DNA of 63,132 bases, counting the filler, from Globobulimina sp. (lineage: Eukaryota): NCBI GenBank assembly GCA_003354225.1. It is 28 parts of 28 records of this genome, joined end to end, with 100 filler letters (N's around TTAATTAATTAA, not from the genome) between each part and the next. Parts side by side here need not be neighbours in the genome. Positions count along the whole stretch, not along the records: positions 24,855 to 27,013 come from PIVH01008549.1; positions 27,114 to 29,272 come from PIVH01008550.1; positions 29,373 to 31,530 come from PIVH01008551.1; positions 31,631 to 33,788 come from PIVH01008552.1; positions 33,889 to 36,046 come from PIVH01008553.1; 23 more parts are not named here. One strand, 5' to 3'. Below, piece after piece: positions 24,962-36,146 of this stretch. A program made the position numbers and the translations under genes. Below the pieces are notes generated by a model. It ran no database searches. It saw nothing but the letters and a program-made list of their open reading frames with translations, and was not told the origin of the DNA. Every line of letters begins with the position of its first letter. The stretch's first letter is position 1.

Positions 24962-25747
24962 TCAAAACACTTTTTTTAAAGAGAGCTTGATCATTTTTGG
25001 TTGATCACAATCATTAATTTTAATCACTTGATATAAGTTATTGATGCTTTTAATATGACATTCAACGTCAAACTGCATTTTAGGAGCAGTTATAAATGAC
25101 ATTGCTGCATTTTGTTCGTTAACAATACCATTTATCATTTTTAATATTATTTGCTTTCTTTGAGTCATATCCATATTTTGATTTATATATTCTTCATATT
25201 TTACTTTCCCATCATTTACAATGAGTAAATATTTTAAGAGTATATCCAATTGTTCTTTCAATAAATTTGTTTTATAACTTAACATATTGTCAATATCCTT
25301 GAAAAGTATATTTTTCTTAATTTTAATATCATTTATGATCATATTTATACCCGTTTCAATATCTTTATTTGTTTTACTTTCGCAATCATGCAATGAGTGA
25401 ACAGCGCTTTGTATGCTGTTTGATAACGAGCAGGATTTATCATATCGTTTATATAATTTTATAATTCCATCATGTTCGGCTGGAGAGACTACAACATGCT
25501 GTTTTGTGGAAGGTTTTGTGTTATTATTGTTTTGTTTTAATTTTGTGATCGATTTAATCGCTCTGTTTTTTGATAAAGAATCAAGTTTTAATTCTTGCAT
25601 TAAAAAAGATTTTAAATCATCACTGTCCATTTCGATTAATTCATCAATTGATACACTTCTATTTATCAGAATCTCTATCGCTGCGTCTGACATCTTTATT
25701 TCCTTCAAAAATTCAATCAGAGTGATTCCTTCACTGTTTGTCGTCAT
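24962..25747 (-). CDS. SAM-like domain + coiled-coil protein, probably 3'-partial
   Basis: LIEFLKEIKMSDAAIEILINRSVSIDELIEMDSDDLKSFLMQELKLDSLSKNRAIKSI followed by heptad-rich helix. Confidence 0.65.
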   Translation of the reverse strand: MTTNSEGITLIEFLKEIKMSDAAIEILINRSVSIDELIEMDSDDLKSFLMQELKLDSLSKNRAIKSITKLKQNNNNTKPSTKQHVVVSPAEHDGIIKLYKRYDKSCSLSNSIQSAVHSLHDCESKTNKDIETGINMIINDIKIKKNILFKDIDNMLSYKTNLLKEQLDILLKYLLIVNDGKVKYEEYINQNMDMTQRKQIILKMINGIVNEQNAAMSFITAPKMQFDVECHIKSINNLYQVIKINDCDQPKMIKLSLKKVF

Positions 25748-25996
25748 TGTGGAAATGTTTAAGTGTGCTGAGTGCGATGATAGAACCAAATGCATAAAAC
25801 ATATCAAAAGAAATATTCAAAAAATCATCGCACTCAGAAAATCTTGTATGTAATAAGCGTCTGGTGAATGTCATAGGTGGCATTTCACGTATATTGGGTG
25901 ATCTAATCCCTTATGGAAATATGATAAAGATGTTTCTAAGAATAGAAGAGGGTGATAGTGGTCTTAAGGAGTCGATCGAACTATCTAAAGTTACAA

Positions 25997-26042
25997 TAAC
26001 TAACGTTTCGACCTCATTTAATATGGAGGTTCTTCAGAGTTA
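25997..26042 (-). ncRNA. Minimal type I hammerhead ribozyme (Penelope/retrozyme-like)
   Basis: Minus strand: UAACU-CUGAAGA-ACCUC-(CAUAUUAAAU)-GAGGU-C-GAAAC-GUU-AGUUA; stems I and II pair perfectly around the conserved core. Confidence 0.75.
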
Positions 26043-26408
26043 AATTTAAATAAGTTGTGTTATGAAATAAAAAACTTCTAAGCACAAATACAATCTAAAG
26101 AATAAAAAGAAATGAATATGATAACCCCTTAATCCCTCCCACTCAAAAAGAAATATTCAACTCCATTTCCCCGCAAATTTATTCACATAATCTAGCATCA
26201 CTGGCTTGATCTGCTGCTAATTTTGCCAATCCTTTTTTTGCCGAAATATTGTCAGCCTCACAATAAAACCATTTTACTTCAACCACAATAAAACCATTTT
26301 TTTTTAAATCCAAAAGCATGAATTTTTATTTCCTGCACTTTCCTTTTAAGCTCAATAAATAAATAAGTATCATTATGATAGAAATGTTCAACGATATCTT
26401 CATTTTTC

Positions 26409-26838
26409 TCATATTTTAATTAACCACGATACATTAACCACGGCATCTTTTAATTGATTTGCTAAGACCGGTAATAGTGCGCCACCGGTCGCATATGCTC
26501 CGACACCGCAAATTATTAAACCCACAATCTTGCCAACTCCCACTTTAATCTTTACCCGTTTTGTTGTCTCCTCATAGTTACGTTTGGCTTTCCGCATTGT
26601 TTTATACCTTGGCGCGAATTCCTCTTTTTTTTCATCACTGTCATTGCATTTTTCTTTTGCTTCCATAGGTTGCATCTTAGTATTTGCATCAAGTGCTGTT
26701 TTAGGTGGAATTGTAGCAGTTGTATTTGCAGTGTTTGTCGTATATATATTATTATCTTGCATAGACACTAAAGGTTGACATGAATCACTTTGTGATGGTT
26801 CTGGTAATCCAGCAGCATAATCATCGTTTTTTTCTTCC
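26409..26838 (-). CDS. Hypothetical protein exon with one hydrophobic segment
   Basis: ORF 26409-26768 extends upstream to a likely splice acceptor; VGKIVGLIICGVGAYATGGALL. Confidence 0.4.
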
Positions 26839-27250
26839 TATATATAAATTATAGAAATAACATAAAATATAATTTGCTTCTCGTAATTTTCAGAGTGGAT
26901 GTAAGGAAAATAATTAATGTTTCAATTTGTTTTGCCCATAAACATGGAGACGGGCACCTATTGCTGTGTGCAGCAATATTGTTTAAACAGATTTTTGTTC
27001 TCGTGTGTAAATTNNNNNNNNNNNNNNNNNNNNNNNNNNNNNNNNNNNNNNNNNNNNTTAATTAATTAANNNNNNNNNNNNNNNNNNNNNNNNNNNNNNN
27101 NNNNNNNNNNNNNCTGTTGTTAATGGCAAAAGTTCTGCCATATGCACTGTTAAAATAACTCTCACATATATTTTCTATGATATTTTAACATTTGGTGCTG
27201 AACTTTTGCAGTTACTGAAAATCAAAGCAGTGTGCATGAAATAATTTGTT

Positions 27251-28888
27251 TTGCAAAATGTCAAAGGTTGCACAAAAAAATTCCGCGGTGGTGATGAAGA
27301 AGAGGGTGAATGCCCGATAACTGTGCTGGGCTTTGATCTGACACTAAATGTCAAAATAGGGGTGGTTTTATATTCGATCGTGAATGTTTATTTGCGAATG
27401 GAATTTGTAATACCGTTTCGTTTAACTATCCCTGAGATGGATGATCCGACCAATTGCGGATATTCTGCAGATACAGATATGTGTCATGCTGACCCCGCGT
27501 TGCAAGTGAGTTTTACGATTGCGTTGGATATGAATGTATACTTTGGGTTTGCGGTCGAGTTCGGTCAGATAGTGAGTATGGTGATGGGCTTAATATTCAA
27601 AGGTGCCAAGGGCATGGCCGCTCCTCCAATGGCCAAAGAGTTTAAACTCGTAGGGCCTATACATATAATTCCAAAGATAAAGCTGGGCTGCATTAAGGTA
27701 CGAATACTAAAACGAAATGTGAACTATGATACAGTATATAAGCAAAACATAAATCATGTACACAATATCTGATAATCATAGTTCACATATTGTTGACTGT
27801 ATAAGTTGAAAGGTCCGGGTATGGATGTTTTGAATCGAGGGTATAGGTTCAGATGTTGTCCGGACGACGATATCCCTGAACAAATACCGGATTACGATTA
27901 CAAATATTCCACACAAGAGGACGTCGGTGATGGCGAAGCGTATGGTGGCCCACATCCGAGTGCCTATGGAAAGTATGCCAATGGTCGAAGGGTCGTTGGT
28001 TATGGACCCAACGGTAGGCCGATTTTTGGGAGAGGTAAGCTCATTGGTTATGGTCCGAATGGACAGCCAATTTATAGTAAAGGCCGAGTGGTTGGATATG
28101 GTCCGAATGGTAAACCAATTTATAGTAAAGGCAGAGTGGTTGGATATGGCCCGAATGGTAAGCCTATTTATGGTGGAAATGGTGGAAGGCCTCCAATTAT
28201 TATCCATTTGCATAATTATGGCAGTCCTGACAATAGATATCAGGTTGGCACTGGGCCTAAAATAAAAATAATTCATCATGACTATCAAAGTACAAATCAA
28301 AGGCAACCACCACCGCTATCGCTGCAGCAACCACGACCGCCAATATTTGGTCCACGACAAAGGTTGCCTCGGTATGAAGGTCCAAATCAACGACCACCAC
28401 CGGTATCAGTACAGCGACCACAGATGTTTGGTCCACAGCTGTTGCCTCCGTATCCAATGGCAAATGCACGACCACCTCAGTTACCATTACGGTCACGGTT
28501 GCAGCCACAGCAACAGCCACAGCCACAGTCACAGCCACAGCCACGACCAATGCTAAGACCGCGTTATGAACAGGGACAACTAGCAAGGAATGGCAATTTG
28601 CAGCCACCAGCACAATCTGGAAATAGATACGGAAGATATGGAAGTTATGGACATCCACTGCAGAGAAATCCGATGAATGTGGTAAATTTGCATCCAAATC
28701 TAAATAGAAATCCGTTAAATAGATTTAATTATCGTGAGAAGGGACATCGGACAGAAATATATCATGGAAGGAATGAAAAGAATAAAAAGAATGAAGGTGA
28801 ATCAAACTCAGATATTGTTGATCAAATTTTAGATGATGTTGGTGAATATACGCCAGATACACATTATGATACAATGTTTAGTGTATGA
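27251..28888 (+). CDS. Protein with GYGPNG repeats and a Pro/Gln-rich region, 5'-partial (intron 27698-27805)
   Basis: Phase-0 intron joins ...LGCIK to LKGPG...; four 16-aa repeats; QP run. Confidence 0.7.
27998..28172 (+). repeat. 48-bp coding repeat x4 (GYGPNGxPIYSKGRVV)
   Basis: Directly visible in the translation; synonymous sites have diverged. Confidence 0.9.
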
Positions 28889-29372
28889 TGTAAATTGGTG
28901 TTGAAATAGATTTGTAGAACTTGTACATTTGATTTTGTTTGTCAATGAGTTATATCTCGAATCTTTAATATTGCGTAGTGTTGGTCGCACCGAACATGCG
29001 CACCTTTATGACTGTATTGCGCAATATGAACAACACTCAAGTAGGAACTTTAGGAACTTCGAAAAAAACAAGAACATTACGAATTACTTCCCCAACCATT
29101 CTAACCACAATCCAAGAATTAAACACGTAAACAAAACGTATAATTGTATTATACGTATCATTTGATGCACACATGAAACAGTCTCCGCATTGGATTCAGA
29201 TCAGAAATCAATCCCTGTCTTTGAGAATACGCTATCGATCCACTGCACCGTTCACTAATCAGTAATGGTGAANNNNNNNNNNNNNNNNNNNNNNNNNNNN
29301 NNNNNNNNNNNNNNNNTTAATTAATTAANNNNNNNNNNNNNNNNNNNNNNNNNNNNNNNNNNNNNNNNNNNN

Positions 29373-30991
29373 CTCTTCTCTTCGTCGCCTTCCTCCGATG
29401 GCTCTGACTCATTTTCGTTGCTCTCAAATGCATTTATATTCATATTGATGTCGGGCAGGGTCAATGTGACCATTTTATCCTCGTCTTCTTCAATCATATC
29501 AAACCTCATATTCTCGTCGTCAATGCAGAGGTCATTGTCATTGTCGTCGTCGTCGTCGTCGGCATCATTCTGTCGTTGCAATTCGAGGATTTCGTCCTGT
29601 TGTAATAGACAACCAATGGACAATTTCTTCACTTTGTTAATGTCGTCGTCGATCAACTGCTTCGTAGAGCATATGGTACCGAGCTCCAATTCGGGAGTGG
29701 CGAATGGATCGGGGTCGTGATCGCCTAATACGATGCTCGGAGTTATGGAGGCGGAGACACGGCGACTTTGTAAGCGGGACTGCCGCGTGGACGACGGCGC
29801 ACTTTGTAGTTGCGAGTGGGTGCCCTGACCCGTCGACTCGTCGCTGTCATTGGTGGAACGCGAACAGCTGCGGAAATTGTTCATATTCTGTACTTTTTTC
29901 AAGTTACGCGCCATCTCAATCTGTTTCGATAAACGTGTGTGTTTTCTCTTCTTTTCCAGCGCTTTTGCCGCAATGTTGACATTATTATTTGCTTTTTTTT
30001 GAGGGTTACTGCGGTTGAGGTGGCTCATTGTCGTCGTATCCGACAGGGAGCGCAAGCGATTGATCATGTGTTTAGACTGCGACTGGGAGAGAATGGACTG
30101 TCGCGGGGAAGGCATAGGTGACACATGCGGGGTGGTACCGGTGATGTGGCTCAGTCCACCATGGATATGCATGCTTTCCCGTACTAAGGAGAATAATTTG
30201 TGTATTAATAAGGAGACAGATAAGATAGCCATGGAGCCGTCGACAGCGGCGTCAATGCCAAACATTATGCTCCTTTTCTGATGGATATGTTTGGAATTGT
30301 GCTGATTGGTATATTGTACGCAATAATCGTCGGTTAAATGTATGTAAATCATGGAGAATAAGATGAAGTTCATCATAATGAAGTAGATGCATAGTATGCA
30401 AACCACTGTGGTTCTGTTGTAATTCAATTGTGAGCCTTCCAGCATGTTATAAGCGCGTAGCACAAAATAAGCGTAGAGGAACATTTTGCCGTAGACATAG
30501 AAACCAACCATACAGAATAAGACACGACATTGGCCCATGGAATGGAACGTGAACAGACCAAATCCATTGATGTAATTGTTGTGCATTGACTGTTGATAGC
30601 AGCCAACGAATAGGAAGATTAAAAAAAATATCACTGTGGATACGCAAACGATTTTGCACAGTTTGGATGTAAATGACTCACTTTCCATATCGTAATCGTC
30701 TTCATTGTGGATCTCTCGTTTTTTAGTATTTTTGTTGTTTTTTATTGAATATCCATTAATACTTAATTTTTTTTGTACGGATGGGGTTGCAATGCTGCTG
30801 TGACTCCTCGTTAAAACTAGTTTACTTAGGTTCCGATGGTTGAAGCATTTACAACATTTATTTTTGCACTTTTTCTTGCAAGAACATATATTGTATATCA
30901 AATGGATACCGCCTATCAATGCCAATATAGTGATTATGTATAATGTTGTGGAAAATATGTATGTTTCAGCAACTGTTAATGTAGCGGTCAT
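29373..30991 (-). CDS. GPCR-like multi-pass membrane protein (about 5 TM then a long Ser/acidic loop), 3'-partial
   Basis: Five hydrophobic helices, YVYGKMFLYAYFVLR in the TM3-like position, long cytoplasmic loop. Confidence 0.65.
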
Positions 30992-31213
30992 GTTCTTGAC
31001 TAGCGAGTGTTTTAAAGTAAAACTATAGCTAAAAAATAAAAATCACAAAGATAATAGCATTTGAATGAAGCCATCACTTTGTTCGCAGTTATAACACATT
31101 ATATTCATTAGCTTTAACAAACGGATATAATCATATATAAACAAATAAGCAAATCATAAATCCCCGCTATTAACATTTGATTTAATTTAATTTGTATCAA
31201 AGTAATCAAACCA

Positions 31214-31530
31214 ATGGCAAATATCAACAAGAACGATAATATGAGCAACATTATAAACAAAAGTGACACAATCTTAATCACGAAGATCGTGTTAGATTTT
31301 GATGATGCTCTGTTTCCCTCTCATTGTTATAAAGAACATGAAATCTTAAAATACCACGAAAGTACATCATCGGATGTACAAACTGGACGCGATTTATTCA
31401 AAAAGAAAGAACCAAAATTTGTTACCTTAAAAAAGAACATAGATCTCGTTATCTTCAAATTAATGCAATTATATGAAAAGGATAATTTTGTCATTTTAAG
31501 CACTGGCGATTACCAATGGATTGAATCGAC
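31214..31530 (+). CDS. HAD-superfamily-like protein, N-terminal fragment
   Basis: IVLDFDDALFPS (motif I-like) and FVILSTGDYQWI (motif II-like). Confidence 0.55.
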
Positions 31531-31860
31531 NNNNNNNNNNNNNNNNNNNNNNNNNNNNNNNNNNNNNNNNNNNNTTAATTAATTAANNNNNNNNNNNNNN
31601 NNNNNNNNNNNNNNNNNNNNNNNNNNNNNNAGACTAGAGAGGTGAACCTAAAGTTAGAAACGCAACATTTGGCTGGCATTTTGAAAACTGGCTGGCATTT
31701 CTGAGCGGACACAATTTTGAGCCTCAAATCAAGTTTTTGCCGCACTGTGATCTACAGGGAAAGTATAATGAAAAAACGTTTCTGAATGTTATGTACAACA
31801 GAATACGTTATTTTATTTCCGATACTACTTTAAAACAATGTACGCATAGAATTGAAAAGG

Positions 31861-33024
31861 TCAAAATATAAACCAACAAACAACAAGAAAGTGTACGTCC
31901 CATGAATATACATTCCATTCATTGAAAGAGAAATAATCAGATTCTTCACAATATTGACCATAAAAACCAAATTCATACGATTCTATCCAATTTGCGCCCA
32001 AATAAAGTGCAATTGTCGAGGCAGTTATTGTTGCGAACAACCAATGAACCATAAAAGTCGAAGTAACTAAGAATCCAATATTGCCAGAATCATAATCATA
32101 TAAAACAGAAATATATTTATACACAGAAACATTGCTACAACATCCTCTTTCTCCCTTCAATATGAATCCTATTAAACCAATCACAACGGTTCCAAATATA
32201 ATAATTAGTAAACTTGATGGAATGAAAATAAATATCCCAGCCATAAATATTGGAATAGAAACAGCAATGAAAAAGCCAATATACGTAGCATCTACAATGG
32301 ATTCTGTGTATATGCCACGTTCCCGTGAACGTGGTGACATTGCATATAATTTATTACAAGGAATTGATAATATTTTCATGGGCGCCCTTAATTTTACTGT
32401 GGGAACATATAGCAATGCAATGACAAATGACATATATTTTTCCCAGTCGCTACGTGACGAGTTCTCTTGGTACCAGTTACTGTATTTTATTAAGATAATT
32501 ATGAAACACACAAAGTTGGCAATAACTCGAATAATTGGATATATAAATGGGAGCGAATCAACAACCATAAGTTTCTGATATAACTTTGGTATTTCTGTGC
32601 CGGCGTTGACCATCCAATATGTTACTTGAGATAAATCATAATATTGTGGAAGCATAGACATTATTACACCAATAATCTCTGGTGGAATATAGCTGTATCG
32701 CCCATGTGATACTTCTATTTCTGTTGCTTTCAATTCATCTTCGAAATTATCGTAGATTTGTTTGTTTAATTTGCGTTTTGTGCTGTCCGGTAACAATGTT
32801 ATATCTGCGATAGTACGTACGATTAAATTACGATATAAGATAATTCGGTATAATATGAAGATCTCAATGCCAACTGATATCCATGTAATTACAATCAATG
32901 GCCATATTCTGTAAAATGGTTCACATAATATGCCATGGAAGGGATTGAGCTGAAAACTCATTTCAGAAAAAATGACTTGTTGGAATAACCAGCGTATATA
33001 TCTTTTGTTAAGCGCTAGAATCAA
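31861..33024 (-). CDS. Hypothetical multi-pass membrane protein (likely start 32962)
   Basis: 387-aa ORF with 6-7 hydrophobic segments. Confidence 0.7.
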   Translation of the reverse strand: MILALNKRYIRWLFQQVIFSEMSFQLNPFHGILCEPFYRIWPLIVITWISVGIEIFILYRIILYRNLIVRTIADITLLPDSTKRKLNKQIYDNFEDELKATEIEVSHGRYSYIPPEIIGVIMSMLPQYYDLSQVTYWMVNAGTEIPKLYQKLMVVDSLPFIYPIIRVIANFVCFIIILIKYSNWYQENSSRSDWEKYMSFVIALLYVPTVKLRAPMKILSIPCNKLYAMSPRSRERGIYTESIVDATYIGFFIAVSIPIFMAGIFIFIPSSLLIIIFGTVVIGLIGFILKGERGCCSNVSVYKYISVLYDYDSGNIGFLVTSTFMVHWLFATITASTIALYLGANWIESYEFGFYGQYCEESDYFSFNEWNVYSWDVHFLVVCWFIF

Positions 33025-33234
33025 AGCAAATAAATAATGTTTTTTAATGCAGTCTCACCAAAGGAACAAAGTGAAATAGCCGCAGCCTTCACCAGGTTGG
33101 ATAGTAGAACAGCGAGCTGAATATTTGGAATTGTATTCTTTCTCTGTGGAAGAACGTACGCTTTTACTTGTTGCACAATAATAATTCCGACATAGTCACA
33201 TAGCATATTTCGGAATGGGAAACTAAATAATTAT

Positions 33235-33788
33235 TTAATATAAACATGTTATTGGTTGAATTAAGATATTATATTTATTAGTAAAATTATTACTCGATGT
33301 CTGATTATCTTGTTCTATGACTTCTATCTCAATAAACACAGTGAATCCGATGGACTTGAATTGGACCTTCAACGTTGTCATATCATCCTCTGTCAACGTA
33401 TTATCTGCAATTAATTTGATTTCCATACAAATATTTGTTCGAAAACACGTTAAATCTTTGATAATTTGTTGAAACAAATTTTGTTCCAAATTAACAATAT
33501 TTTCCAACTCTACAATAATATTATTCATATTCGGGAAAAGCATCTGCAAAGTAACCAACTTCACCCAATGATGTTTTCTATCCACCAATGCATCCGATAA
33601 AAATGGAAAATATTTATCAATATTACCAGGACAAAGAATCACTTTCTTCACATTGCGACAGAATGAATCAATTAACCGCGCTCCATATTTGTTTAAAGAC
33701 TTTAAAGGCGATAAGGATAAACCTGCGGAAGCATCTGGATATTTCGACAATTGATGATCCACAACTCGCTGTATCAACGTTTGTATCG
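33235..33788 (-). CDS. Hypothetical protein C-terminus, 5'-partial
   Basis: 180-aa ORF open towards the contig edge. Confidence 0.5.
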
Positions 33789-33888
33789 NNNNNNNNNNNN
33801 NNNNNNNNNNNNNNNNNNNNNNNNNNNNNNNNTTAATTAATTAANNNNNNNNNNNNNNNNNNNNNNNNNNNNNNNNNNNNNNNNNNNN

Positions 33889-34802
33889 ACATATACGTTG
33901 TCAGCACCATTTATAATTGCATCGTGCAATATTTTTATTGGCTTTATTATGAATTCAGAAAATGCTCTCAATAATGTCCCAGTTTTATTCATTTTGACCC
34001 ATCTTAAACTTGCTCCATCCCAATAATTATTGCCCCATAGTTTTGTCATTAACTTTGAAACTCGTAATCCAAATTTGGAGGAATACATTTCAGCAAACGT
34101 TTGTAATGTAAATGCCCATTGATATAAACCTGAACCAAAACCAACATTTCCACATTTTGGTGTTATTCCATGATTACTGACAAATATTCGTTTGTGCAAT
34201 GAATAAAGCACATTAATTCTGTCAATTGAGCTGTTCAAAATGTTATACGTTTGCTGATATGTTAGCTGTAATTCCAAAAACATTTTATCTAATTTGTCCA
34301 TAAATAGTATAGGTACTATATCTTGCGACACTGCACATTGCAGTAACTTTTCGGTTTGCAAACTTAAGCTAAAACTTTGAATGGAATCAACAACAATGAC
34401 AGCACCGTCTGACAAAACAAATGAAGAGGTTGCTTCTGCAGAAAATGAAGAATGTCCCGGCGTATCAATTACATTGAATAAATACGAATGTTTTATTTGT
34501 TTATCATCTTTGTTTGTTGGTTGATAATATAACGAAATGTAGCTGGCTTTAATGCTCATTTTTTGTTCTTGCTGCGCGTGGTCTTTTGTTAAATACACAA
34601 ATCTGGTTTTCCATTCATTTTGGGATAGGATACCACATTTAACCAACAATGAATCTAATAGTGTGGAACAGCCATGTTTGAAGTCTGATATAAACACAAC
34701 ATTTCGAATATTTGTTGGTTTTTTCATCGCTGACACTATATCCTGAATTACAAAGCGTGAGCGAACTTTGCGGTGTGTTTCAGTCTTTGCATTGTGTGCC
34801 AT
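33889..34802 (-). CDS. Divergent eEF2-like G-domain protein with degenerate GTPase motifs, 3'-partial
   Basis: MKKPTNIRN, YLFNVIDTPGHSSFSAE, DGAVIVVD, GNVGFGSGLYQWAFTLQTFAEMYSSKFG...KLWGNNY are collinear with eEF2; P-loop reads SDFKHGCS and G4 reads DKLD. Confidence 0.85.
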
Positions 34803-34871
34803 ATGAGCTGAAAAATAGTTTTTTTGTTACAGTCTTCACATTTTCTATTCATTTTCCTTCAATCAGTCTGA

Positions 34872-36046
34872 ATGTCAATCACTCCAAAGGACATTCCCGC
34901 CAAGTTATGGCATGAGATTTGCAAGCTAAGATCAACATACATGTCGCAAGAAATCACAATTTGCAGAGAAGAAAACATAATGATCATCGAATATATCACC
35001 GTATTCAAAAACAGAACACTAAAACTTCATTTTCTGTTTAATATGAATGCCATTCAATCATCCATTAAAATCTCCATCAAACACATCTCATCGAGAAAAA
35101 AACATGGTATCCCAGCGGCGGCAGTTGCTTTCATCACATCAATGCTAACGGATACATTTAATGAACAGATCGATAATATGCCAATTTATAAAACCATCCT
35201 ATCATTTGATCGCGAATTTGCATTAAAGAGTACATCAACAACAACAACAGCACAACAATCAAAACCCGCGAGCTCCGCATCGGTGTTAAGAACATTCAAA
35301 GAAAAACGGATTATCAGCGTCAGAGAGGAAAAAAAACAAAAAGAAAGAAAGAAACATAAGGCCAGAAAAAACGAGAAAGAATATATTGCTTTTTTACGTT
35401 TTCCGCAGTTATTAGAGGGCACAGCACAAAAGAAAGAAAATTTAATATTGCGGGAGATTGCAAATATAAAACAAGACTACAAAGAGATTTTTGTATATGT
35501 TTTTTATGGAATACCGGGGATAATTTGTGTTGGTGGCACGGCAAAAATAATTAAACAATTTAGGCGCGATATTGGTAGAAAAGCAGTGGTTTCATATTAT
35601 ATGGATATGCGGAATGCGGCCATGGAGAAGAATAAAATGCATAAAGCAAAGAGTGATAAATATAATAAGCAGTTGTTATTTTTTTTGGAACATAGACTTT
35701 ATTTTAGAGATAAAATCAAGATTTTAAATGAAATTTTAACCGGAAACGTTTCTGAAAAGAAAAGGAAAAAAGGAAATAAATCTGTGTCGATATCGTCAAA
35801 AGGAAGAATGAAATATGTTTCCGGTGCAAAATATGAGTTTAATGTTATAATTTCAATGCATTGGGCCTATGGTTATAATGCGGGGAAAAGTGGAAGTTTA
35901 TACATTTCAATTTTTGGAGAGAATGAGAATAAATTAATTGGTAATCATAGGTTGAAAGTTAGAAGATGGGGACATCCAACATTTAAATTTGCATTTTCAA
36001 GTATTGAATTTTTAAATAAAATTGGTGATTTAACCAAAGTGTATTT
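34872..36046 (+). CDS. RWD-like domain protein (RWDD2/3-like), 3'-partial
   Basis: EICKLRSTY...LKLHFLF...MPIYKTIL is RWD-like; YGIPGIICVGG resembles the RWDD2/3 C-terminal G-x-PG-x-I-x-V motif. Confidence 0.5.
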
Positions 36047-36146
36047 NNNNNNNNNNNNNNNNNNNNNNNNNNNNNNNNNNNNNNNNNNNNTTAATTAATT
36101 AANNNNNNNNNNNNNNNNNNNNNNNNNNNNNNNNNNNNNNNNNNNN

